Source: a candidate division WOR-3 bacterium
Lineage (GTDB): Bacteria; Hydrothermota; Hydrothermia; LBFQ01
Direction of reading: 5' to 3'
Length of the DNA stretch: 64,000 nucleotides
Assembly: GCA_027050205.1 (NCBI GenBank)
Contig: JALUCS010000126.1
Coordinates: 8,506-72,505 of the forward strand
Part shown: piece by piece, positions 39,521 through 48,440 of the stretch
How positions within the stretch are numbered: position 1 is the first letter of the stretch
How the letters are laid out: every line of letters starts with the position of its first letter
Position numbers and translations under genes: made by a program
The notes under the pieces: generated by a model
Told to the model about the DNA's origin: nothing
The model's input: the letters and a program-made list of their open reading frames with translations, nothing else
Databases searched by the model: none

Positions 39521-40288
39521 TCAACGGGAGTAGTTCAGCCCTATGTAGGTGCTTAGGGGTAGCTCCGGATGTACGGTCGCGAGTACGTCGGAGGAGATGC
39601 TGGCCGTCTGGAGGGTGAAGCCGAGGTAGAAGGTGGGGAACTCCCCGTCGTACCGCATGCTTCCGCGGAGGGTCAAGAGGTCGTAGAGCCTCCAGCTACC
39701 GCCGAGACCGAAGTTTATGCCGGAGTACTGGTCCTTGTAGAGACCCACGGAGGTGCGGATGGTGGCCTTGGGGAGGAAGGAGATGTAGCCACCGAGGAGG
39801 GTCGGCAGGGGTGTGCCGCCTATGTCGGGGGCGTTCACGTTGCGGGCGAAGAGGCCAACGTTCCAGCGGTCGTAGACGGTGAAGGAGGAGGAGAGGTGGA
39901 GACCGAAGGCCTGAAGCCTCGGTACGTCTGGGCGAGGGGTGTTGAGTTGGTAGTAGGAGAAGGAACCTCCAAGGCGGAATCCGGGAAAGACGTTGTGGGC
40001 GTAGCCGAGGGTGGCAGCTATCTCGCTCGCCGTCCCCTTGTACTCGTCCTCAAGGCGGGCGAACCGTCCCTCAAGGGATAGGGCGAGGCCTTTGAAGCCA
40101 ACGCCGACGTAGGCGTCGTTGAATATGGCGAAGGACTGGCTGTAGGCGGCGGAGACGGAGAGCCTTTCGGGGTTGGAGGCGGGGTCAAAGGACACCCTCA
40201 AGGGGGTGGCCTCCGGCATCATCCACAGACCGGCGAGGTGGGGGCCCCCGGCGACGAGGACCCCCGTTATGGCGTTAAAGAGCATCAA
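39521..40288 (-). CDS. Putative outer-membrane beta-barrel (PorV/PorQ-like)
   Basis: Alternating amphipathic strands; motifs DPAS, LGYAH, FRLGGSF.YY, GLFARNVN.P, TLRG. Confidence 0.5.
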   Translation of the reverse strand: MMLFNAITGVLVAGGPHLAGLWMMPEATPLRVSFDPASNPERLSVSAAYSQSFAIFNDAYVGVGFKGLALSLEGRFARLEDEYKGTASEIAATLGYAHNVFPGFRLGGSFSYYQLNTPRPDVPRLQAFGLHLSSSFTVYDRWNVGLFARNVNAPDIGGTPLPTLLGGYISFLPKATIRTSVGLYKDQYSGINFGLGGSWRLYDLLTLRGSMRYDGEFPTFYLGFTLQTASISSDVLATVHPELPLSTYIGLNYSR

Positions 40289-41424
40289 TCGTGTTCCTCC
40301 TCGGGGTTATGCTCAATCTCGTACTCGCCCTCCTCTAGGCCCTTCTTGTGGCGGAGCTTCTTGAGGATCTTGGGGAGGTTGGTGTACTCCATGCTCTCCT
40401 CGGGGAGCCTGTGAGGCTCAAAGATGCCGTGCCTCCTCATTATGTTCGCGAGGTGGTTGGCCTCCTCACGGGCGTAGTCAAAGGCGGGGTCGTCAAAGAG
40501 GTCCCTGGGGCCTACGAGCTTGCCGTTGGCCAGCTGGAAGCCGGCGGCTATCACCCTCGGAGGGCCGTCAAACCGGGAGGGGTTGGCGTGGCTGAAGGGT
40601 ACGGGCATAAGCGGCCCCATATGGCTACCCCTCATCCATCCCTCAACGAAGAAGGGACGGGCGAAAGGCTCTAGGATCTCACCGACGGCGGGGAAGCCGC
40701 TCTGCGCCCTCACTACTAAGACGGGGTCGTCCTTACCGACGTACTTGCCGGCTATGAGGGAGAGCTTCTGCGTAGAGGCCACGGCGGCTATCTCACCGTC
40801 CTTGCGGCGATAGACGGCCTTGACGGTGTACCTCTCTATGCCGCTGATGAGGGCGAGGAGGTCGTAGGTCTCCTCCGGGCAGTCTACGGCGTACTCCTCA
40901 CCGGTCTTTACGTCAAGGACTATGAAGCGGAACCCCTCGTGCATTGAGGGGTCTATCACCAGGCCGGCCGTGTTCTGGGGGTTGGCAAACATCTCGTAGA
41001 GGGGGAGGTTCCAGGCGGAGGGGGAGGTCTTGTCGGCCATGAAGACTATAACAGGCTCGGAGGGCCTCTCCACGAACTCCATCTCCGCCACGCCGGGACC
41101 CATACCCTTCACGTTCCCGCTGAAGGCGTCCGAGAGGAGGTCCTGACCGGCGCCGTAGAGCTTGAGCTCCTTCGCCTTCTCCGTAGCCTTCAAAAAGGCC
41201 TCCCAGGCCAGACGGTGGATGTCCTCGTTATCCACACCCTTGGTGTGGGTCATTATGAGGTTGATGTCGTCCCCTACCCTAAGGACGGCGTAGTCTATGA
41301 GGAGACCGGAGGTCTTCGCCTCCTCAAGTACCTGGGATGCGGCGTCCATGAGGGCGGGATGGGTGCTGGAGTGTCCAACGTACCCACCGACGTCGGCCTT
41401 TATTACCGAAAGGGTCACCTTCAT
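40285..41424 (-). CDS. fbp: Fructose-1,6-bisphosphate aldolase/phosphatase (class V)
   Basis: MKVTLSVIKADVGGYVGH, GDD, YGAGQDLL, YVGKDDP, GWMRGSH, RFDGPP, MEYT. Start at ATG 41424. Confidence 0.95.
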   Translation of the reverse strand: MKVTLSVIKADVGGYVGHSSTHPALMDAASQVLEEAKTSGLLIDYAVLRVGDDINLIMTHTKGVDNEDIHRLAWEAFLKATEKAKELKLYGAGQDLLSDAFSGNVKGMGPGVAEMEFVERPSEPVIVFMADKTSPSAWNLPLYEMFANPQNTAGLVIDPSMHEGFRFIVLDVKTGEEYAVDCPEETYDLLALISGIERYTVKAVYRRKDGEIAAVASTQKLSLIAGKYVGKDDPVLVVRAQSGFPAVGEILEPFARPFFVEGWMRGSHMGPLMPVPFSHANPSRFDGPPRVIAAGFQLANGKLVGPRDLFDDPAFDYAREEANHLANIMRRHGIFEPHRLPEESMEYTNLPKILKKLRHKKGLEEGEYEIEHNPEEEHD

Positions 41425-41494
41425 AGGACGGTATTTTAAAGGGGTAATCGCCCCCTTCCCGGAGTTGGACGGCTTCGGGCGTATAATATCGGAA

Positions 41495-42094
41495 ATGTTC
41501 CCCAAGAGGGTTATCTCGCTCTCTATCCTGATAGTGATAGGCGTCTCGCCGCTGTGGGGACGAGGTAGGAGCCTGTGGATGGAGGTCGGAGGGGGGCCTT
41601 GGCTCCCTATGTTCGGCACCTTCAAGAGCGACCACGACCCCGGCCTCCAGGGGCGCATCCGCATCGGGTACGACGGCCGCTTCACCGTACCCCAAGCCCT
41701 CCAAACTTGGTTTCCTCCCCTCGCCCTGTTCAAGGACGCCTATCCCTTCGCCGAGGTCTATCACTCCTTCAACAGGTTGAAGACGGGGACCTCCGGAAAC
41801 CTCCTGTTCTTCGGGGCCGGAGGTAGGGTCCTAAAGAACGCTGGGAGCTTCGGGTACGGCGGACAGATGTCCCTCGGTTTCCTCTACCTTTACTCCTCCA
41901 AGAGCTACCAACCCGCCGGTATCCTCGGTATTTACGGGAGGTGGGACCTGCGAAGTTTCTACCTCTACGCCGAATACTCCCTGGAGACGTCCGTTGACCT
42001 GAGGTCCTCCTACTCCGTAGATACCTCCCTCTCCTTCCTCCAGAGGACGGCCGGGTGGCACGAGGCGGGGGTGGGGATAGGGATGAGGTGGTAG
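41495..42094 (+). CDS. Putative outer-membrane beta-barrel protein
   Basis: Normal signal peptide, amphipathic strands, terminal W; TATAAT 7 nt upstream of ATG 41495. Confidence 0.55.
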   Translation: MFPKRVISLSILIVIGVSPLWGRGRSLWMEVGGGPWLPMFGTFKSDHDPGLQGRIRIGYDGRFTVPQALQTWFPPLALFKDAYPFAEVYHSFNRLKTGTSGNLLFFGAGGRVLKNAGSFGYGGQMSLGFLYLYSSKSYQPAGILGIYGRWDLRSFYLYAEYSLETSVDLRSSYSVDTSLSFLQRTAGWHEAGVGIGMRW

Positions 42095-42097
42095 CCC

Positions 42098-44110
42098 TCA
42101 AAGGTTCCCGTAGGCCGCCTTCAGAATCTCCAACAGGAGCCTCCCCTTCCCCTCCCTTAAGGCGCGGTCTATGACCTCCTCACCCTTCAAGGCAGAGAGG
42201 AGCATGACCTCAAACGGAATCTCCCTCTCCTCATCGTCCTCCTCCTCTACCGCCATCTCCTCCAGGAGGCCGAGTTCTTCAAGGATGCCCTCCGGGCCCA
42301 CGTTCTCCTCCGAAAGGCGGTCCAGGGCGTACGCCCATCCCCGTATCGCCCCCGTCATCAGTAGGTTGTATAAGTATTCCGAAAAGGACCACAGGGGCCT
42401 GATCACCTTCTCCCCCTTCCTCCATATCACCATCGGGTAGGTCTCATCGTCCACGTCCAACCGCACGAGGGCGACCTCGTCCTCAAAGGGGGAGTCAAAA
42501 ACCCTCATCTTCCGATAACCTCTGGGTTTCCTCCCGAAGTCGGGGACGTCCCCCTCCTCTCCCACCAGGGCCTCAACGGGCAGTATCCGGGAGGACCCCA
42601 CCCTGCCTATCCCCTCTATCCCATAGGAGAAGGTCAGGCCGTTGCACACCCTGTAGAAGTCCATCAGGTAGTCCGGGAGACTTACACCGAACCTCTCCTC
42701 CGCCTCCCTCGCCATCTCCCTCAACCTGTCCTCGGAAACGGGAGGGTTCACCTCAAGCCTTACGTCTATCCCGTCGGATACGTCCTTCAGCCTCCGGGCG
42801 AGGTCCTTGAGCCTTACGAGGAAGCCCAGGGCGTAGTCGCCGTAGTAGTGAAAGACGGCACCCTTCGTTATGAAGTTGCGTCTGGTTGCGAGGATGACGT
42901 CGCTCCTTTTCATAAACTGCGCCCCGGTGAAGTCGGCATCTCCCTTGAAGCGGGTTTCCTCTATCTCAAGGTGTCCCTTAAAAATGGCTCCTCTGAAGGA
43001 CACGTGGGAGAGGAACTTGCTGTATCTCAGAGCCGCCCACTCCCCTTCGCACACGCACCCGTCAAACGTCGCCAACCCCTTGAAGGTGGAGTTGCTTATC
43101 TCCAGATTCCTTATACGGGAGCCGGACAGGTCAAAGATGCCGCCAACCTTGAGCCTGAAGAGGTGCAGGTGGTGGGAGAAGTGCGCCCCACGGATGAGTA
43201 CGTCCGAGCCGAAGGTGGCCTCATCAAAGCCGGAGTACAACCGTATGGACGCCCCGTCAAGGCGGAAGGGTCCCCGGAAGGAGGCTTCGTCCATGTTGAG
43301 GTTGGTTCTTACGTCTATACCGGATAGGTCCGCTTCGGCCCGGAACTCGGCTTCGGTGAAATCGCCCACATTAAAGGTGGCACGGACGAAGTCCGCCCTA
43401 CCCAAGAACTTCGTCCCCATAAAGAGACCCCTCTCTTTAAAGACGCTCTCCCGGAAGGAGACCCCTCCCTCAAAGACGACCTGCGAGAAGTCCGCCCTCG
43501 TGAGGAAGCGGGTACGCCTGAAGGAGGCGAAACCGGAGAAGGTACTCTCCTCAAAGTAGGCGAGGTCGTGGAACACCACGTCGTCAAATATCGCCCTGCC
43601 CAGAAACTTGACCTGCGAAGTGTGGAGCCACGTCCGGAAGGTAGCCCCCTCAAAGATAACGCTCCCGTTGAAGACCGTCTCCTCCCCCTCCTCCCAGAAT
43701 GGGATACCCGTACTGCTCTTGGGGAAGTCAAAGCCGGAGAAATCGTATGCCCTACCGAGGAGTATCCCCCACCGTTCCTCGTACCTGTTCGCCCAGAAGG
43801 GGAGGTTGAGGTACTCCCTAAGTGGTCTCCAGAACTCCCTGTCGCTGAACTCCTTGTCCCATATATCGGCCTCCTTGGACGTGTGGAAGACGCACTTGCC
43901 CCTCTCCGAGGGCGGTATGGCTTCCAGCTCCTCCCTCCCAGCCCACGCGAAGCCGATGGCGTCCCTAAGGCACCCCATGACGGAGCAGATGGACGAGTCA
44001 AGGCCGTAGTCCCTGGCGACTTCCCACGCCTCCGGGTTCTCCCGTACGTTCCTGGCGTGGTGGTCGTACCGGTACTTCCTCCAGGTCCTCTCGTTGAAGA
44101 TCAGTCGCAT
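42098..44110 (-). CDS. Pentapeptide-repeat protein with a C-terminal SMI1/KNR4-like domain
   Basis: Long A.F...A.F repeat region; C-terminal NPPVSE..L...EERFGVSLPDYLMDFYRVCNG...SFSEYL. Confidence 0.75.
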   Translation of the reverse strand: MRLIFNERTWRKYRYDHHARNVRENPEAWEVARDYGLDSSICSVMGCLRDAIGFAWAGREELEAIPPSERGKCVFHTSKEADIWDKEFSDREFWRPLREYLNLPFWANRYEERWGILLGRAYDFSGFDFPKSSTGIPFWEEGEETVFNGSVIFEGATFRTWLHTSQVKFLGRAIFDDVVFHDLAYFEESTFSGFASFRRTRFLTRADFSQVVFEGGVSFRESVFKERGLFMGTKFLGRADFVRATFNVGDFTEAEFRAEADLSGIDVRTNLNMDEASFRGPFRLDGASIRLYSGFDEATFGSDVLIRGAHFSHHLHLFRLKVGGIFDLSGSRIRNLEISNSTFKGLATFDGCVCEGEWAALRYSKFLSHVSFRGAIFKGHLEIEETRFKGDADFTGAQFMKRSDVILATRRNFITKGAVFHYYGDYALGFLVRLKDLARRLKDVSDGIDVRLEVNPPVSEDRLREMAREAEERFGVSLPDYLMDFYRVCNGLTFSYGIEGIGRVGSSRILPVEALVGEEGDVPDFGRKPRGYRKMRVFDSPFEDEVALVRLDVDDETYPMVIWRKGEKVIRPLWSFSEYLYNLLMTGAIRGWAYALDRLSEENVGPEGILEELGLLEEMAVEEEDDEEREIPFEVMLLSALKGEEVIDRALREGKGRLLLEILKAAYGNL

Positions 44111-44157
44111 AGTGGGATTGTAAGGGGGCTTCGGAGCGAAGCGAGAATGCGGACCCT

Positions 44158-44181
44158 ATTGCTCCGCTATAATAGAGCAAT
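44158..44181. repeat. Distal copy of the ATTGYTC-N10-GARCAAT motif
   Basis: ATTGCTCCGCTATAATAGAGCAAT; its spacer is identical to that of the reverse-oriented copy at 6239. Confidence 0.75.
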
Positions 44182-44376
44182 TTTTAATTTTAATCCGTAT
44201 TACCGAAATAATACCAAAATTCGTACAGAGCCACATAAGGGGTTGGAATCCATTCCGGCAGAAGACTCGGATGCTCCCTATGGCCTTTATTCTGCACCAA
44301 TGACTCCTCCGTTGCACTTCCCTTTGCAACCGGTGGAGGTTTTCAACTTTACCCCCCATAAAATACCCACGATGGG

Positions 44377-44886
44377 ATGAGGTGGCTTCCTATCCTCCTT
44401 CTCCTATCCTCCTGCTCGTTTGCTGTAAGGGGGGATATAGACGGCTCAACCCTCACCTCCCCCGAAGTCATCGGTACCGTCGTCCTCGGTTTTGAGGCCC
44501 CCGGAGGGCATGGGGACGTATCCATCGGCGGGAACCTCTTCAAGGAGCCGCCAAGGGGGTTGAGGGGGACGACGGATGGCCTCCTTTACCTCACCTACCA
44601 GCTCATGCCCTACTCCAAAAGGCTCAAGAGGAGCAACCTTCCCCTATTCTCCCCCGGTTTCTCCGTCGGCTACGCCCACAGGTTGGACACAGGCCACAAC
44701 CTCCTCCTCTCCGGCAACCTTGAGCTTAACTTCCTAAGGTACTACGGCCGGGAGGCCTACGACTTCGGCCTACTTTTCCTAACCGTCAGGTATCAAACCT
44801 TCTTCCCGACGTCCGGTAGGGACATCCGCACGGGTGTGAGCTTTGGGTTCGGCTTCAGGGGGGCGTGGTGGTCCGCTCCGTGGTGA
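44377..44886 (+). CDS. Putative lipoprotein or small beta-barrel
   Basis: MRWLPILLLLSSC lipobox; beta-strand pattern. Confidence 0.55.
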   Translation: MRWLPILLLLSSCSFAVRGDIDGSTLTSPEVIGTVVLGFEAPGGHGDVSIGGNLFKEPPRGLRGTTDGLLYLTYQLMPYSKRLKRSNLPLFSPGFSVGYAHRLDTGHNLLLSGNLELNFLRYYGREAYDFGLLFLTVRYQTFFPTSGRDIRTGVSFGFGFRGAWWSAPW

Positions 44887-46097
44887 GGTACCTCCTCCCC
44901 CTACCCCTCCTGTCCTCTTGCGCCTCCTTTAGCCTGGAGATGCCGTACAGGGAGGTGGTTATACTGAATCCGGAGGATGGGGCCATCGTCCCGGACACCT
45001 TCACCCTATCCATCCTCGCCTATGACAGGGGACCGGTACTCCGTAAGGAGATAGTCTACGGATTTCCGGACGGGCCGGTTGAGAGGGGTAGGTTCCCCGG
45101 ATGCTACCGGTTTGAGGCGGTGGTTAAGGTGAATGGGCGTGAGGTGGGAAGGTACGAAGGGTGCGACTCCCTAACGGCGACGGTCAGGGTCAGGGCGAGG
45201 GGGGAGGAGGTAAGGGTGGAGTTGAGGGTGGGAGGAACCGTAAAGGAGGCCACCTACACCGTCGTTGAGCCTTACCCCTACACCTTAACCCCCCTTTCCC
45301 ACGTACGGGATACTGCTGGGAGGAGGGCGGAGCCTCCGGTCAGGTACTACGGTAGGGTTCCCTTGGGGGAGAGGGAACTCCTCGTCTCGTGGGACGACGG
45401 TACTACCGTCCTTTACCTCTGGGGGGATACCCTCAAGGAGGTGCTACGGGGTAAGTGGATGAAGGCGGTGGCCATCGGTGGGAGGGCCTTAGTGGTCGGT
45501 GAGGACGGAAACGGTGGGTTCTACGCCCTCGTCGGTGGGGAGGGCGTCCTGTCCCTCCGTAGGGTGGATGGCCCAACGTACGTAAGCGACGTCCTGATAT
45601 GTGGGCGAGGGGTGGCCTACTTCGGCGACGCCGGGGTGATTTGGTTGGACGACGAAGGAAACTTCGGCCTCTCGGAGGTTCCGATGGTACCCTTCGGTGG
45701 GAAGGGGTGCCTGAACGGTTTGCCCTACTTCTCCTTCCTCTCCGACTCTTCCCTCCTCCTCGTCGGGGCGGATACCCGGACCCTCCCCGCACCGGAAGGG
45801 GCGAAGGGGATCCAAGTCTTCTACGGCTACGGGGACACCCTTCTACTCATCTACGGGAACGGCGGCGGGATAAGGGGTAGGATGTGGGACGGTAGGAGGT
45901 GGGTAAGGACGTACGTCCCTTGGAGTCCGTCCTCTGTGGGGTGCTATGGCCCCGCCGTAGCCTGCGTGTGCCTCTGCCCTATAGCCTTCCCCTTGGTATC
46001 TACGGAGGGTAGATGCTCCATCAACGCTCCGGTCTTCGGGGTGGTGGCTGGGGGTGTTAGGGTTGGGGACCGCACCTACTCGGTTAGGTTCAGGTAG
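44865..46097 (+). CDS. Putative lipoprotein (Ig-like plus propeller-like)
   Basis: ..RYLLPLPLLSSC lipobox; ILNPEDGAIV Ig-like start. The true start may be GTG ~44880-44883. Confidence 0.55.
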   Translation: MVVRSVVRYLLPLPLLSSCASFSLEMPYREVVILNPEDGAIVPDTFTLSILAYDRGPVLRKEIVYGFPDGPVERGRFPGCYRFEAVVKVNGREVGRYEGCDSLTATVRVRARGEEVRVELRVGGTVKEATYTVVEPYPYTLTPLSHVRDTAGRRAEPPVRYYGRVPLGERELLVSWDDGTTVLYLWGDTLKEVLRGKWMKAVAIGGRALVVGEDGNGGFYALVGGEGVLSLRRVDGPTYVSDVLICGRGVAYFGDAGVIWLDDEGNFGLSEVPMVPFGGKGCLNGLPYFSFLSDSSLLLVGADTRTLPAPEGAKGIQVFYGYGDTLLLIYGNGGGIRGRMWDGRRWVRTYVPWSPSSVGCYGPAVACVCLCPIAFPLVSTEGRCSINAPVFGVVAGGVRVGDRTYSVRFR

Positions 46098-46892
46098 ATA
46101 GGGTAATACATACCTTATAAGGAACCGGAAATGCCTTGTGCTACGGGTGAAAATGCGACGTCGGAATGTGGCCGGCGATTTTCCAAGCGGCTTAAGGGGT
46201 CGTTAAAGTCGTATCATTTTTGGATACGTTAAAATTTTGATATTCTGCGGACGAGATGCTCCCCACCTCCTATCGGCATAATCTCACTTGGCTGTCCGTT
46301 CAAAATTTACCATAAGGGGACGTTGGACGTCCGGCGAACTATACCCCTATCGGTGTAATCCCCAAATTTTTACGGGGATAACGGGATGAAATTCGCGGCA
46401 CATTACATAAGATCAATCAAGGTCCGTTTGTGTGTAAATTTCTACTGTTATATGGGTATAGAATTATAGTCTTTATGATGAAATATGAGGAAACTGAACA
46501 TTATCAAAAATATAACCATCAAATTTCTATAAACGGTATAAAGATGCCTGTTTGCTATTCAATTCGCATAGGGTATAGTTTTCCCAACATAAATTTTCCA
46601 TTTTGGATTGAGATAAAATTTGGATAATACTTAAAAAATTTCGCAAAAATTACAAAAATACATAATTACTCGTAATAAGTCATTAAAATCCTGCAAGTTT
46701 TAAATTGAAGGCAGTTAAGGATAGAGGCGTGCGTAAAAATCACAGTACCGTTATTCCCGTTTGACGAGACCGTATAGAAGCTGTCATCCCACAGTATAAC
46801 TCTTAAGGAAAATCCCTCCACCTATTCCAAAAACGACTAAAACCTAAAGAGCGCCCCAAAAGGGCAATGACGGACAGGTTCCTATGCCCGCC

Positions 46893-47753
46893 TCACATTA
46901 TGGTACCCTTCAGTGCTTCGCTGCACTCCGGCGGAGGGTCTTCCGGTAGTCGCTTGGCGATCTCGTGTATGAGGTCTATGATCTGCTGCTTTCTACTGGA
47001 GGAGACCTGAAGAACCTCCTCCGTCGTGAGCTTGGTTGGGGATATGCCGGCGGCCATGTTGGTGACTATCGTTATGAGGGTGTAGCACATCTCCAGTTCC
47101 CTCGCGAGGAAGGCCTCCGGTACGGCCGTCATGCCTACCAGATCAGCCCCCAAGATCCGAAGCGCCCTGATCTCCGCCGCCGTCTCCAGCCTCGGCCCCT
47201 CCATAGCAGCGTAGGTACCCTTGGGTATCACCTCAAGGCCCGCCTCGGACAGGACCTCAAAGGCCACGTCCCTACCCTGCGGGTCAAACGGCTCCGTTAC
47301 GTCTATATGCACCACCTTCTTCTCCTTCAGGGCGTAGTACACCCTGTCTCTTCCCCTGCCCGGATGCTCAAACTCGCCGTCGGGGGTGAACTTGCCCTCG
47401 TAGAAGGTTATCTGGCCGCGGGTGCGGGTCATATCAAGGAGCTGGTCCGGTATGACTATGTCCCCCACCTCAAGGTCGGGGTTTACGGCCCCTACGGCCG
47501 AGATGGCGAAGATCCGGTCGACCTCCAACAGCCTGAACCCCCATATGTTGGCACGGTAGGGTATGCGGTGGGGGGGAATGTCGTGGTTCTTGCCATGGCG
47601 GGCGAGGAAGACGAACTCAAAGCCGTCCTTCCCGGCGATTATGTAGTCGGCCGAAGGCTCCCCCCAAGGGGTCTTCCGTATGTGCCGCCTGTCAAGGATA
47701 TCGTACCCCTCAATGTTGTAGAACCCGGAACCGCCTATAACTCCTATACGCAT
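46893..47753 (-). CDS. mtnP: S-methyl-5'-thioadenosine phosphorylase
   Basis: IGVIGGSG, TPWGEPS, LARHG..H..PPH..PYRANIW, EGPRLET.AE, VGMT.VPE..LARE. Start at ATG 47753. Confidence 0.9.
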   Translation of the reverse strand: MRIGVIGGSGFYNIEGYDILDRRHIRKTPWGEPSADYIIAGKDGFEFVFLARHGKNHDIPPHRIPYRANIWGFRLLEVDRIFAISAVGAVNPDLEVGDIVIPDQLLDMTRTRGQITFYEGKFTPDGEFEHPGRGRDRVYYALKEKKVVHIDVTEPFDPQGRDVAFEVLSEAGLEVIPKGTYAAMEGPRLETAAEIRALRILGADLVGMTAVPEAFLARELEMCYTLITIVTNMAAGISPTKLTTEEVLQVSSSRKQQIIDLIHEIAKRLPEDPPPECSEALKGTIM

Positions 47754-47810
47754 AGGGGGGATTCTAAAGGGGCGATTTACCCCGTAGCGTTCTGCAGTAG
47801 AATACCGACT

Positions 47811-48440
47811 ATGCAGAGGGTCAGTCCTACCCGTATGAACCTCCTCATCCGTAAGAGGCAGATGAAGATAGCCAGACAGGGGGCGGACCTCCTCCGTAAG
47901 AAGAGGGACGCCCTGATGAAGGAGTTCCAGAAGATGCTGAAACCTATAGTGCAGGCCCACAGGGAGCTTGACCGCACGGCCCGTGAGGCCGTAGCCTTCC
48001 TATCCTTGGCCCTCGGTAAGGATGGCCCGGAGGCAGTCAGGTCGGCCGCCCTCTCCAGCGCCGGGAGGCTGAAGGTGTATAAGGAGGAGGAGAAGGTCTG
48101 GGGTGTCAGGATCCCCAACCTCAAGGCGGAGGGGGTTGTAAGGAGGAGTAAAGAGAGGGGATACACCCTCCTAAGCGTGAGCGCCCGCATTGAGCTGACG
48201 GCAGCCGCCTACGAGAGGCTTATGGCCAAGATCTTTGAGTTGGTGCCGCTTGAGGCCAAGATGAAGAGGATCGGACAGGAGATAAGGAAGACGTCGCGGA
48301 GGGTGAACACCCTTGAGCAGAGGGTCATACCCCAGCTTCAGGCCGAGATGAGGTTCATCCGTCAGGTCCTTGAGGACAGGGAGAGGGAGGACAAGTTCCG
48401 TCTGAAGAGGCTCAAGGCCAAGAAAGAGAAGAGAGGTTAG
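47811..48440 (+). CDS. atpD: V/A-type ATP synthase subunit D
   Basis: PTRMNL...GADLLRKKRDALM...EIRKTSRRVNTLEQRVIP...LEDREREDKFRLK. Start at ATG 47811. Confidence 0.92.
   Translation: MQRVSPTRMNLLIRKRQMKIARQGADLLRKKRDALMKEFQKMLKPIVQAHRELDRTAREAVAFLSLALGKDGPEAVRSAALSSAGRLKVYKEEEKVWGVRIPNLKAEGVVRRSKERGYTLLSVSARIELTAAAYERLMAKIFELVPLEAKMKRIGQEIRKTSRRVNTLEQRVIPQLQAEMRFIRQVLEDREREDKFRLKRLKAKKEKRG

Noticed and set aside
39393..39524. N-terminal extension of the cytochrome c ORF
   Set aside because: Overlaps tRNA-Ala; the true start is ATG 39392 with its own -10 box.
46430..46627. 65-aa AT-rich ORF (also 32455-32673 and 32519-32785)
   Set aside because: No motifs, atypical composition, no clear promoter or SD context.
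46965..47810. Extended ORF starts for atpD (likewise ppdK, fbp, mtnP, S8 and the 41297 ORF)
   Set aside because: The extensions overlap divergent genes or lack homology; family N-termini and -10 boxes mark the downstream starts.
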